A DNA stretch of 64,000 nucleotides from an uncultured Eubacterium sp. GTDB taxonomy: Bacteria > Bacillota > Clostridia > Lachnospirales > Lachnospiraceae. The notes beneath the pieces are model-generated. The model was not told where the DNA came from. It searched no databases and saw only the letters and a program-made list of their open reading frames with translations. The stretch covers positions 3,726 to 67,725 of the forward strand of contig URAI01000004.1 in assembly GCA_900545725.1 (NCBI GenBank), in the 5' to 3' direction. The position numbers were made by a program, and so were the translations under genes. Below are positions 10,343 to 19,809 of the stretch, one piece after another. Within the stretch, counting starts at the first letter, position 1; each line of letters begins with the position of its first letter.

Positions 10343-11416
10343 ATGAAGACGTTAAAAATTGGTGATACTGTAGTTAAAATTCCTATTATTCAGGGAGGAA
10401 TGGGCGTTGGTATAAGCAGAAGCCGCCTTGCAGGAGCAGTTGCAAAGGAGGGGGCGATAGGAATTATATCAACAGCACAGATAGGCTATGATGAGGATGA
10501 TTTTGAAAATAATCAGGATGAATGCAATTTAAGGGCAATAAAAAAACATATAAAAAAAGCGAAGGAAATTGCAGATGGAAACGGTCTTGTCGGTGTTAAT
10601 ATAATGACGGCATTAAAGCATTTTAAGAATCATGTTAAAGCATCAGTTATGGCAGGTGCAGATGTAATAATATGTGGTGCTGGTCTTCCAACAGAACTTC
10701 CGGGTATTGTAAGAGAGGCGCTAAATAAAAATATACATAAGCATATGCCATATATTGCACCAATTGTATCATCTGAACGAGCATTAAATATAATATTAAA
10801 GCAGTGGTCAAAAAAGTATGACACAACAGCCGACTTTATAGTTGTGGAAGGACCACTTGCAGGCGGACATTTAGGATATTCTAATGAACAGTTAAATGAC
10901 ATAGAATCAATTGATTATGACAATGAATTAAAAAATATAATCAGCGCAAAAAAAGTCTATGAAGAAAAGTATAAAAAACATATACCGGTCATTGCAGCCG
11001 GAGGAATATTTGATAAGAAAGATATAATGCATATGACAGAGCTTGGTGCAGACGGTGTACAGATAGCAAGCCGTTTTGTTGCAACATATGAATGTGATGC
11101 AGATGATAATTATAAAAATGCATATATCAATGCCAAAAAAGAAGATATAAAAATAATACAAAGTCCTGTAGGTATGCCGGGCAGAGCCATTAACAATAAT
11201 TTTGTCAAAAGAATACAGATGCAGAATGAAAAAATTACAAAATGCTATAACTGCCTTGAAAAATGCAATCCCGCAAAGGTACCATATTGCATAACAAAGG
11301 CACTTACTAAGGCGGTAAAAGGAGATATAGAAAACGGACTAATATTCTGTGGAGCCAATGTAGACAGAATAACAGATATAATATCCGTCCACGACCTGAT
11401 AAGGCAGCTTTGTTAA
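10343..11416 (+). CDS. Nitronate monooxygenase / FabK-FabX family FMN enzyme with a C-terminal Cys cluster
   Basis: PIIQGGMGVG, EGPLAGGHLG, VIAAGGI, GVQIASRF, CYNCLEKC...YC; GGAG RBS favours ATG 10343. Confidence 0.85.
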   Translation: MKTLKIGDTVVKIPIIQGGMGVGISRSRLAGAVAKEGAIGIISTAQIGYDEDDFENNQDECNLRAIKKHIKKAKEIADGNGLVGVNIMTALKHFKNHVKASVMAGADVIICGAGLPTELPGIVREALNKNIHKHMPYIAPIVSSERALNIILKQWSKKYDTTADFIVVEGPLAGGHLGYSNEQLNDIESIDYDNELKNIISAKKVYEEKYKKHIPVIAAGGIFDKKDIMHMTELGADGVQIASRFVATYECDADDNYKNAYINAKKEDIKIIQSPVGMPGRAINNNFVKRIQMQNEKITKCYNCLEKCNPAKVPYCITKALTKAVKGDIENGLIFCGANVDRITDIISVHDLIRQLC

Positions 11417-11445
11417 TAATAAACCATACTGCCACCAGAACCAGT

Positions 11446-11595
11446 ATTTTTGAAATGTAAATTAAAAATAGCAGAATTGGAATATTTTATATGGGGAATT
11501 ACGGTAAGCACTTAGAAATTCTTAGTGATTATCCGTTTACCCCATATAAAATATTCCAATTCTGCTATTTTCTAATTCATGCCCGATTTCAAAAA
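11446..11595. repeat. ~150-bp palindromic element (MITE-like, probable bidirectional terminator) between convergent genes
   Basis: Perfect 32-bp inverted arms at 11465-11496 and 11540-11571, with imperfect pairing inside and outside. Confidence 0.8.
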
Positions 11596-11991
11596 TTACT
11601 CTTTATCATCCGGAAGGAAAAGGAATTTCCTCGTAGCAAGCAATGCAACGATACATAATACTCCTGCTACCATATTCATAACCGAAGAATGTGATACGAT
11701 TATCTGTCGTGCTATTGCAAATAAAAGAACTTCTACTACAGTAGAAGCAGAGTGTTTACATAACATTTTGATAAGCTCAACACCAACCGCAAGGCTCATG
11801 GCATTTTCCATAAAGTATGTAAATACATCTTCATTGGAAAGCATAAAATTTATATCAAAAATATTAATTACAAGCTTCACAGATAAGAATATAATTACTA
11901 CGATAAGAAGCAGTGATATAAACATCTCAAGATAATAAGATATTCCATATAGTTTTGAAAGTATCTTTTTTTTAATATCATTATTATTCAT
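11596..11991 (-). CDS. Small 4-TM membrane protein (PsiE-like family)
   Basis: Hydrophobic helices; LAVGVELIKML...VVEVLLFAIARQII pattern. Confidence 0.65.
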   Translation of the reverse strand: MNNNDIKKKILSKLYGISYYLEMFISLLLIVVIIFLSVKLVINIFDINFMLSNEDVFTYFMENAMSLAVGVELIKMLCKHSASTVVEVLLFAIARQIIVSHSSVMNMVAGVLCIVALLATRKFLFLPDDKE

Positions 11992-12155
11992 GCAAATAAA
12001 TTCTCCATTCGTTTAAAATCCTATTAATAACATTAGCTGGGCAAAATAGGTTATAGATAACTATAAAAATATAATATCATAGAAATATCAGTATTGCTAT
12101 ATCAAATATTTCCATGTGTTAAGGTGTTTTGACATAAAGCGGTCTGCCATAGTCT

Positions 12156-13097
12156 CTATTTTTTCAGATAATCAGAATCATCCAGTGTATTAAGCTCCAA
12201 TTCCTTATGACCAAATGTTATGCTTTGGTGCGATTTTTTATATTTAAGAGGAGTTACATTCATAAATTTTTTAAATATTCTTTCAAAGTATGTGACACTG
12301 TCATAGCCAAGAATTGAGGCAACCTCTGATATGCTGTCTTGTGTATTTTCAAGAAGCTGCACAGCCTTTTTGATACGGAATATATTAATATATTCTGTGA
12401 TGGTAAATCCGGAATATTCCTTAAAAATACGGCATAAATAGTATTTGCTTAAGAAAAGTTCTTCTGACAACTCATCAAGTGAAATGGTATTCATATAATT
12501 TTTTTCAATATATTCGGCTACAGAGGTTGCAGCGGTCTCCTTTGCATTACCGGCAGATGCTTCTACTAAAAGCTTGTCTGTCTTTATCTGTGTAAAACGG
12601 CTAAGCCAATGTAACAGGTCTATTTCAGTTCTTGTTTTATAACCATTTTTTTTATCTGTAAGCTCGTGGCGCAGATCATGGTACAGATTTAAAAATAATA
12701 TGCGCTGTTCTTCATCAAGATGATATATTCCATAATTATGATGAAAGAAATCTACAAGTTTAAGTTCAGGATATTTACTATCATATTCACACATCTTTTC
12801 ATAGTCAATATATAGGATTACACGGTTATATCCTGTATCGTCAGGTCCGATTGAGCGGGTGGTATGTACAAGATTAGTATCAATAATTGTAAGGTCTCCG
12901 GCATAGGCATTGTAACTTCTATTATTAAAGAAGAACTGTCTTTCACCCTCAATAATATAAAATATCTCATATTGTGTATGAAAATGCTTAACTTTCATAT
13001 CAAATTGTCCGTAACGGATTAACTGTTCAACAGAAATTCCTGGAATTTTTCCGAAAAATGTCAGCTTATTATCTTTATTTTCCATAACTTCCCCCAT
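12156..13097 (-). CDS. AraC family transcriptional regulator (probable regulator of the divergent rhamnose/RG-I genes)
   Basis: Cupin HFHTQYEIFY and C-terminal double HTH (LSKYYLCRIFK, GYDSVTYFERIFKK). Confidence 0.9.
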   Translation of the reverse strand: MGEVMENKDNKLTFFGKIPGISVEQLIRYGQFDMKVKHFHTQYEIFYIIEGERQFFFNNRSYNAYAGDLTIIDTNLVHTTRSIGPDDTGYNRVILYIDYEKMCEYDSKYPELKLVDFFHHNYGIYHLDEEQRILFLNLYHDLRHELTDKKNGYKTRTEIDLLHWLSRFTQIKTDKLLVEASAGNAKETAATSVAEYIEKNYMNTISLDELSEELFLSKYYLCRIFKEYSGFTITEYINIFRIKKAVQLLENTQDSISEVASILGYDSVTYFERIFKKFMNVTPLKYKKSHQSITFGHKELELNTLDDSDYLKK

Positions 13098-13322
13098 AAA
13101 TATTAATGAATATAAAAAATTTTATCGTAATATTAAAAAAAAATCAACTTATAAAAATAAGGTGCAATATTGTATGAAAAAATTAAAACCTAAGCAATAT
13201 CAGTTTAGAAATAAAAATAATGTGGATGATATAATTTATTTAACAGATAAGCAATGTAATTAGTGTTATTTATGGTAAAGACAGTGATTACATTTTAGTT
13301 CAAAATAGAAAGGACAGAAAAT

Positions 13323-14444
13323 ATGAGTACTAAAAGAACTGATAAAAAAAAGATACAGGAAAAATTAGATTTAGTAATAGATAAGCTTATGAAACTTGGA
13401 GAACCTGATAATAATGAGGAACTTTCAAAAGGTGGAGAGGCAATAGGCTTCTTTAAAAGAGATTTTGGAATTAAAGAATGGGACTGGCCGCAGGGAGTTG
13501 GTCTTTATGGACTTTTAAAGATTATGAAATATCAGAATAACGAGGAATATAAGGAGTTTTTGTATAACTGGTTTAAGGACAATATTGCACAGGGACTTCC
13601 GTCTAAGAATATCAATACGACGACACCACTTCTTACACTTGTTGAATTAAATGAATATTATCATGATGCACAATTTGAAGAGCTCTGCCTTAAGTGGGCT
13701 GACTGGCTTATGGAATGTCTTCCAAGAACAAAGGAAAGAGGCTTCCAGCATGTGACAAGCGCTAATGGTGACAGGTTAGGCGTAAGATTAAATGAAAATG
13801 AGATGTGGATAGATACCATATTTATGACAGTATTGTTCTTAAATAAAATGGGTCAGAAATATAACCGTAAGGACTGGATAGATGAGTCAATACATCAGGT
13901 GCTTATGCATATTAAATATTTGTGTGATAAGCACACAGGATTGTTTTATCATGGATGGACATTTAACGAGATGAATAATTTTGGAGGAATATTCTGGTGT
14001 CGTGGAAACAGTTGGTTTACACTTGGAATACTGGATTATATTGATATGTTTGAGGGAACGATGAATTCCGGTGTTAAGGAATTTGTTCTTGATACATATA
14101 AAGCACAGGTTGCAGCATTAAAAAGACTACAAAGCAGGAGTGGTCTATGGCATACGGTATTAGATGATCCTGCAAGCTATGAAGAAGTATCGGGAAGTGC
14201 AGCAATTACAGCAGGAATATTAAAGGGTATTCATCTTGGCATATTAGATGATTCGTATCTTGAAGTGGCAGAAAGGGCAGTCAATGCTATTCTTAAAAAT
14301 ATTGATAAAGATGGTACGGTTCTTAATGTATCAGGTGGTACAGGAATGGGTTATGATGCAGAGCATTATAAGAATATACTGATAGCACCTATGGCATATG
14401 GACAGTCACTTACAATATTAGCTCTTGCAGAGGCACTGGTATAA
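13323..14444 (+). CDS. Glycoside hydrolase family 105 (unsaturated rhamnogalacturonyl hydrolase)
   Basis: WDWPQGVG, MWIDTIFM, FYHGW, FWCRGNSW, YEEVSGSA, YGQSL motifs; no signal peptide. Confidence 0.85.
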   Translation: MSTKRTDKKKIQEKLDLVIDKLMKLGEPDNNEELSKGGEAIGFFKRDFGIKEWDWPQGVGLYGLLKIMKYQNNEEYKEFLYNWFKDNIAQGLPSKNINTTTPLLTLVELNEYYHDAQFEELCLKWADWLMECLPRTKERGFQHVTSANGDRLGVRLNENEMWIDTIFMTVLFLNKMGQKYNRKDWIDESIHQVLMHIKYLCDKHTGLFYHGWTFNEMNNFGGIFWCRGNSWFTLGILDYIDMFEGTMNSGVKEFVLDTYKAQVAALKRLQSRSGLWHTVLDDPASYEEVSGSAAITAGILKGIHLGILDDSYLEVAERAVNAILKNIDKDGTVLNVSGGTGMGYDAEHYKNILIAPMAYGQSLTILALAEALV

Positions 14445-14483
14445 CAGTGTGGAAATAAGGATTAGTGTGAAAGGATTATTATC

Positions 14484-14798
14484 ATGATTAGAAAAGCTTT
14501 TAAAATGTATCTTAATTCTGGGTGTGCGGCTGAATATGAAAAAAGACATAATGAGCTGTGGGATGAGATGAAGACAATGATACATGAATATGGTGGACAT
14601 AATTATTCAATTTTTCTTGATAAGGATACCAATATTTTATATGCATATATAGAGATAGAAGATGAGAAGATGTGGGCCAAATCATCAGATACACCTATAA
14701 ACAGAAAGTGGTGGGATTATATGGCACCGCTTATGAAGGTACATGATGATAACAGCCCTGTATGTGATGATTTATGCGGAGTATTTCATCTTGACTGA
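14484..14798 (+). CDS. rhaM: L-rhamnose mutarotase
   Basis: EYEKRHNELW, NYSIFL, RKWWDYMA motifs; rha context. Confidence 0.95.
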   Translation: MIRKAFKMYLNSGCAAEYEKRHNELWDEMKTMIHEYGGHNYSIFLDKDTNILYAYIEIEDEKMWAKSSDTPINRKWWDYMAPLMKVHDDNSPVCDDLCGVFHLD

Positions 14799-14872
14799 CA
14801 TAGAAAAATACACGTATGCGATAAATATATAAAAAGAATGTGTGTAAAAATAAACAGGAGGTATGATGATTT

Positions 14873-16282
14873 ATGAAACCTTTATATTATCTTGCTGTGG
14901 ATATCGGGGCATCAAGCGGAAGACATATGCTTGCTACATATAATGATGGTAAGATGACACTTGAAGAGGTATACCGTTTTGAAAATGGAATGGATGATGA
15001 TAATGGTAAAAAGACATGGGATACTGACAGACTCTTTAAGGAAATAATAAGTGGAATGATTCAGTGTAAGAAGATAGGTAAAGTGCCTGTAAGCATGTCA
15101 ATTGATACATGGGCGGTTGATTATGTACTTCTTGATGATAAGGACAGACGTATTGGAGATGCATACGGATACCGTGACAGCAGGACTGATAATATTGAAA
15201 ATGAAGTATATAAGATAATAAGTGAAGAGAGCCTGTATAAAAGAACCGGTATACAAAAGCAGAAGTTTAATACAATTTATCAGTTGATGGCAGATAAGGT
15301 AAAGGAGCCTGAAAGATTAAAAAATGCAAAGACATTTCTTATGCTTCCTGATTATTTCCAGTTTCTGCTTACAGGGCTTAAAGCATCAGAATATACCAAC
15401 GCTACATCCACACAGCTTGTAGATCCTCACACTAAGCAGTGGGATTATGAATTAATAGATATGCTTAAGCTTCCCAAAGATATATTTGGCGGGCTTAAAG
15501 CACCGGGGACGGTTCTTGGTACGTTAAGTAAAGATATACAAAGCAGGGTTGGATTTGATACTAAGGTGGTAATGTGCGCAAGCCATGATACAGCATCAGC
15601 TGTTATGGCAGTACCGGAAATATCTGATAATGTCTTATATATAAGCTCAGGTACATGGTCACTTATGGGAACAGAATTAAAAATGGCAGACTGTGATGAT
15701 AATAGCAGAAAATATAATTTTACTAATGAGGGCGGATATGATTACAGATTCAGATATTTAAAAAATATTATGGGATTGTGGATGATACAGTCGGTAAGGC
15801 ATGAATATAATGATAAATATTCATTTGGAGAGCTTTGTGATATGGCTATGTCAGAGGATGGTTTTTCATCAAGAGTCGATGTAAATGATGAGAGTTTTCT
15901 TGCACCGGACAGCATGATTACGGCAGTAAGACAATTTTGTGAAAAAAATAACGAAAACGTACCTGATACTCCATCACAAATCGCCGCTGTAATATATAAA
16001 AGTCTTGCTGACAGCTATAAGGATACAATGTTACAGATACAAAATAATCTCAATACTTCCTATGATGCTATACATGTAATAGGCGGTGGCTCTAATGCAG
16101 AATATCTTAACCGTCTTACAGCTGATGCGACAGGTGTAAGGGTTATGGCAGGACCTTCAGAGGCAACTGCAATAGGAAATATAATGGCACAGATGTTAGC
16201 TTTTAATGTATTTGATAATTTAACGGCTGCAAGGCAATGCATAAAAAGGTCATTTGATATTAAAGAATATAATCCAGTGTAA
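14873..16282 (+). CDS. rhaB: Rhamnulokinase
   Basis: AVDIGASSGRH, IDTWAVDY, SHDTASA, SSGTWSLMG, NEGG, EATAIGN. Confidence 0.95.
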   Translation: MKPLYYLAVDIGASSGRHMLATYNDGKMTLEEVYRFENGMDDDNGKKTWDTDRLFKEIISGMIQCKKIGKVPVSMSIDTWAVDYVLLDDKDRRIGDAYGYRDSRTDNIENEVYKIISEESLYKRTGIQKQKFNTIYQLMADKVKEPERLKNAKTFLMLPDYFQFLLTGLKASEYTNATSTQLVDPHTKQWDYELIDMLKLPKDIFGGLKAPGTVLGTLSKDIQSRVGFDTKVVMCASHDTASAVMAVPEISDNVLYISSGTWSLMGTELKMADCDDNSRKYNFTNEGGYDYRFRYLKNIMGLWMIQSVRHEYNDKYSFGELCDMAMSEDGFSSRVDVNDESFLAPDSMITAVRQFCEKNNENVPDTPSQIAAVIYKSLADSYKDTMLQIQNNLNTSYDAIHVIGGGSNAEYLNRLTADATGVRVMAGPSEATAIGNIMAQMLAFNVFDNLTAARQCIKRSFDIKEYNPV

Positions 16283-16381
16283 AATTATCAGGTTAGTGCC
16301 TGTGATTAAAAAACAAAAACACATGATAAAAATCATAATTTAAAATTAATCAAAAAAATATATATTAGTAAAAACGGAGGA

Positions 16382-17623
16382 ATGATAATGAATAGTGAAA
16401 GATATGAATCAGCAAAAAAGATGTATGAAAAAATAGGAGTTGATACAGAAGCGGCTATTAAAAGATTAAAAGATATTCCTGTATCGATGCATTGCTGGCA
16501 GGGTGATGATGTTATAGGCTTTGACAGTAAAGAAGCATTATCAGGAGGAATACAGACAACAGGCAATTATCCCGGAAAGGCAGTTACACCAGAGCAGCTT
16601 ATGATGGATATGGAAAAGGTAATAAGTCTTGTTCCTGGAAAGAAAAAGCTCAATCTTCATGCGAGCTATGCAATAATAGATGATGATTCTGACAGGGCGC
16701 ATATACAGCCAAAACATTTTAAACCGTGGGTAGAATTTGCAAAGAAACATAATATGGGCATAGATTTTAATCCTACATTTTTCTCACATCCGATGGTAAA
16801 GGATGGACTTACATTATCATCACCTGATGATGAAGTAAGACATTATTGGATAGAGCATGGCAGAAGATGTGTTGAAATTTCACAGTATTTTGCAGAACAG
16901 ACGGGTATTCCCTGTGTAATGAATATATGGATACCTGATGGATATAAAGATATTCCTGCAGATAGATTAGGACCAAGAAAAAGATATAAAGAGTCATTAG
17001 ATGAGATACTATCAGTGCCATATGATAAGAGAAAAGTATATATATGTCTTGAATCTAAGGTATTTGGAATTGGTGTGGAATCTTATACGGTAGGTTCAGC
17101 GGAATTCTGCATGAATTATGTGGCAAAGGCCGGAATTACGCCGCTTATGGATAATGGACATTATCATCCTACAGAGGTTGTGTCAGATAAAATATCTTCA
17201 ATGCTTTTATTTAATGATAAGCTGGCACTTCATATTACAAGACCGGTAAGATGGGACAGTGACCATGTAGTATTATTTGATGATGAGACAAAAGAGATTG
17301 CAAAGGAAATAGTAAGAGCAGATGCCCTTGATAAAGTATTTATAGCAACTGATTACTTTGATGCATCTATTAACCGTATAGCTGCATGGGTAACAGGAAT
17401 GAGAAGTGTACAAAAAGCTCTTTTATATGCCCTTTTAGAGCCAGCTGATTTAAAACAGTTACAAAATGATGGCAGATTTACAGAACTTATGGCAGCACAG
17501 GAGGAATTAAAGGTAATGCCATTTGGAGATATATGGCAGGAATATTTGTCAAGAGAAAATGTACAAAGTGATTATATAAGTGAAGTTAAAAAATACGAAA
17601 AGGAAGTTCTGGAGGTAAGATAA
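16382..17623 (+). CDS. rhaA: L-rhamnose isomerase
   Basis: SMHCWQGDDV, GGIQTTGNYPG, DFNPTFFSH, GHYHPTE, RPVRWDSDHV. Confidence 0.97.
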   Translation: MIMNSERYESAKKMYEKIGVDTEAAIKRLKDIPVSMHCWQGDDVIGFDSKEALSGGIQTTGNYPGKAVTPEQLMMDMEKVISLVPGKKKLNLHASYAIIDDDSDRAHIQPKHFKPWVEFAKKHNMGIDFNPTFFSHPMVKDGLTLSSPDDEVRHYWIEHGRRCVEISQYFAEQTGIPCVMNIWIPDGYKDIPADRLGPRKRYKESLDEILSVPYDKRKVYICLESKVFGIGVESYTVGSAEFCMNYVAKAGITPLMDNGHYHPTEVVSDKISSMLLFNDKLALHITRPVRWDSDHVVLFDDETKEIAKEIVRADALDKVFIATDYFDASINRIAAWVTGMRSVQKALLYALLEPADLKQLQNDGRFTELMAAQEELKVMPFGDIWQEYLSRENVQSDYISEVKKYEKEVLEVR

Positions 17624-17624
17624 A

Positions 17625-18440
17625 ATGAAAGATATATTAACGGCGCCATTTGTAAAGGAAATGTGTGATACAACAGCCAATATGTACCGTCTTGGATGGG
17701 ATGAAAGAAATGGCGGAAATATAAGCTATATGTTAGACGAAGCAGAGGTAAGAGAGTATCTTGATGTCAATAATGTGATAAGAACTATTCCTACAGGATT
17801 TCAGGCAGACAGTCTGGTTGGAAAGATATTTATTGTAACAGGCACAGGTAAATATTTTAAAAATGTAGAAAAGGATCCGGAAAATAATCTTGGGATTATA
17901 AGAATTGCAAAGGATGGCACAACAGCAGAACTCCTTTGGGGATATAGGGATGGTGGAAGATTTACAAGTGAGCTTCCGGCACATCTTATGAGCCATATGG
18001 CGCGTTTGTCAGTCGATAAGGATAACAGAGTCGTAATACATTCACACCCTACTAATACGCTTGCAATGAATTTTGTACATGAGCTTGATGAAAAGAAATT
18101 TACACATACTCTGTGGGAAATGTGTACAGAATGTATTGTAGTATTTCCTGATGGTGTAGGAATACTTCCATGGATGCTTTGTGGAACTAATGAAATAGGT
18201 GAAGCAACGGCCAGAAAGATGAAAGAATTCAGGCTCGTAATATGGGGAATGCATGGAATATACGGTGCTGGAAAGAGCTTAGATGAGACATTTGGACTTA
18301 TTGAAACAGTAGAAAAAGCGGCACAGATTTACATGCTTACTGCCGGTCTTGAAAGAAAAAATACGATTAAAGATGAAGATATGGTAAAGCTCGCTGAGTA
18401 TTTTGGTGTAGATTATAGAAAGGACTTTCTTGATATTTAA
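17625..18440 (+). CDS. rhaD: Rhamnulose-1-phosphate aldolase
   Basis: GWDERNGGNIS, TSELPAH, HSHPT, HGIYG. Confidence 0.97.
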   Translation: MKDILTAPFVKEMCDTTANMYRLGWDERNGGNISYMLDEAEVREYLDVNNVIRTIPTGFQADSLVGKIFIVTGTGKYFKNVEKDPENNLGIIRIAKDGTTAELLWGYRDGGRFTSELPAHLMSHMARLSVDKDNRVVIHSHPTNTLAMNFVHELDEKKFTHTLWEMCTECIVVFPDGVGILPWMLCGTNEIGEATARKMKEFRLVIWGMHGIYGAGKSLDETFGLIETVEKAAQIYMLTAGLERKNTIKDEDMVKLAEYFGVDYRKDFLDI

Positions 18441-18457
18441 AGAGTGATTATAAAAAT

Positions 18458-18502
18458 AAATGACTGTCAAACTAAGATATATCTGGTGGGACAGTCATTT
18501 TT
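18458..18502 (+). terminator. Intrinsic terminator of the rha operon
   Basis: aaatgactgtc...gacagtcattttt. Confidence 0.7.
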
Positions 18503-18526
18503 AATATATGCTGAATGTATTGAAAA

Positions 18527-18586
18527 ATACGTTTGTATATATCTAAGTCTAAGATATCCATTCCCTATAGAAGAAGGGAAAACAAT
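18527..18586 (+). repeat. ~55-bp imperfect direct repeat, copy 1 (copy 2 at 19347-19402)
   Basis: aatacgttt..atatctaagtctaagatatccattccctatag..gaaaacaat aligns with aatacgtttatatctcagtcttagatgtcccatcctctatagg..aaaaacaat. Confidence 0.7.
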
Positions 18587-18721
18587 ATTTTCTCGGTCAT
18601 AGGTTTAATCTCTGATAAAAATTACGCTGTGCTAGGATTGCATAGCCAGTTACAATAATCTTGTAAACAGCAAATAGATAAAAGAGTAGAACACACATTG
18701 TATAAGAAACATAAAGCAGTA

Positions 18722-18826
18722 TTTTGTGTCGCAGGCGTCGCAAAGTAGCCCTTATCGCAGAGCCAAATCTGACATTTGGCTCACAATTCCTCCGGCATTA
18801 GAAATGCCTGCGGAATGGAGATTAAT
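18722..18826 (+). repeat. Modular dispersed REP/BOX-like element, long copy
   Basis: ttgtgtcgcaggcgtcgcaaagtagc, gagccaaat/atttggctc hairpin, attcctccggcatt/aatgcctgcggaat hairpin and ggagatt tail; modules shared with copies at 20226, 46651 and 50818. Confidence 0.8.
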
Positions 18827-18937
18827 ATGAGATTAGATGCTTTAACTATTAATGCGTTACCGGGAATTATTATTTTTGTGTCAGGACTTGTAACCGTTGG
18901 GAAAATATTATTTTCAGGATATGTGGAAGCTAAGTAA
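18827..18937 (+). CDS. Putative 36-aa hydrophobic small protein MRLDALTINALPGIIIFVSGLVTVGKILFSGYVEAK
   Basis: ATG 6 nt after GGAG supplied by the repeat; one predicted TM helix; below the ORF-track size cut-off. Confidence 0.35.
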   Translation: MRLDALTINALPGIIIFVSGLVTVGKILFSGYVEAK

Positions 18938-19119
18938 TAAAAAGAGAGCCTGAATATGGCTGTTATGGATTGTCTGTGTATTTAATAACTGTATGATTAT
19001 GAAAATAAAATATAAAATTCCACAAAATAATAATATGTAATAATGAGACCTAAAAAGGCATTAAATACATAAACATCTTATAAGAATCAGAAACATGATA
19101 AAAATATTATATAATGTAA

Positions 19120-19263
19120 ATAATAAGTAGTAAGGCTGCACACCATATATGATGTGCAGCCTTACTTTGTAATATATTTAGGAAAAATGAAAAATAGTTG
19201 TATGATGTCTATATATGATTATGGCTAATTAAAAATATATATACACCATTAACAAACCAACTA
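19120..19263 (-). ncRNA. Candidate ~140-nt small RNA
   Basis: Perfect minus-strand TTGACA-N17-TATAAT promoter (19298-19270) and a 14-bp stem (19129-19166) downstream; no RBS-led ORF seen between them. Confidence 0.6.
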
Positions 19264-19346
19264 AGATGAATTATATACTATAATGTTAAAAATGTCAAAT
19301 ATAAAAATGAAATAAAATAAAAATTATGCAAATTGCACATAATAAT

Positions 19347-19402
19347 AATACGTTTATATCTCAGTCTTAGATGTCCCATCCTCTATAGGGAGGAAAAACA
19401 AT
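19347..19402 (+). repeat. ~55-bp imperfect direct repeat, copy 2
   Basis: Aligns with 18527-18586. Confidence 0.7.
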
Positions 19403-19526
19403 TGCAGGCAAATATTGAAACAAGAGGGATAAATCAATGAATATTAAATTTTAATGGTTTAACATATCTTATTGGTGTGGATAGTTTTAGATTATTGGCA
19501 AATATTTATCATAATGAGAAAAACTA

Positions 19527-19578
19527 TTGACATGTTATATTTTATTATATATTATCTTAATATACCCTGGTGGGGTAT
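19527..19578 (+). promoter_or_regulatory. csoR-copA promoter with CsoR operator
   Basis: TTGACA-N17-TATTAT (19527-19555), then ATACCC-TGGTG-GGGTAT (19562-19578), the C-tract/G-tract CsoR box. Confidence 0.85.
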
Positions 19579-19731
19579 TATATGGAGTATACTTTATATT
19601 AATATTATATTACATAAGGCTGTCTGTTTTCGGGCATAACATATAGCTGATGGTAATGTAATTATTTTTCCGGATTAATCAATTAACAGTTTATTTGTTT
19701 TTAAGAAGAACAGATATCTTTCAGATGCCCG

Positions 19732-19809
19732 GATGGCAGAAGAAAAATCGCCTGTGCGGATTTCTTTCGCCTTTTTGCAACAAAAGTTTCTTAGAAATGG
19801 AGATTGAGT
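19732..19809 (+). repeat. Dispersed modular element copy upstream of csoR
   Basis: gatggcagaagaaaaa..cctgtgcg..tttcttt..agaaatggagatt is collinear with 50892-50968. Confidence 0.75.

Noticed and set aside
18590..18760. Possible c-di-GMP-I riboswitch (gccagtta and cgcaaag fragments)
   Set aside because: Fragments are in the wrong order, the GNRA-capped first stem is missing, and cgcaaag belongs to the dispersed repeat
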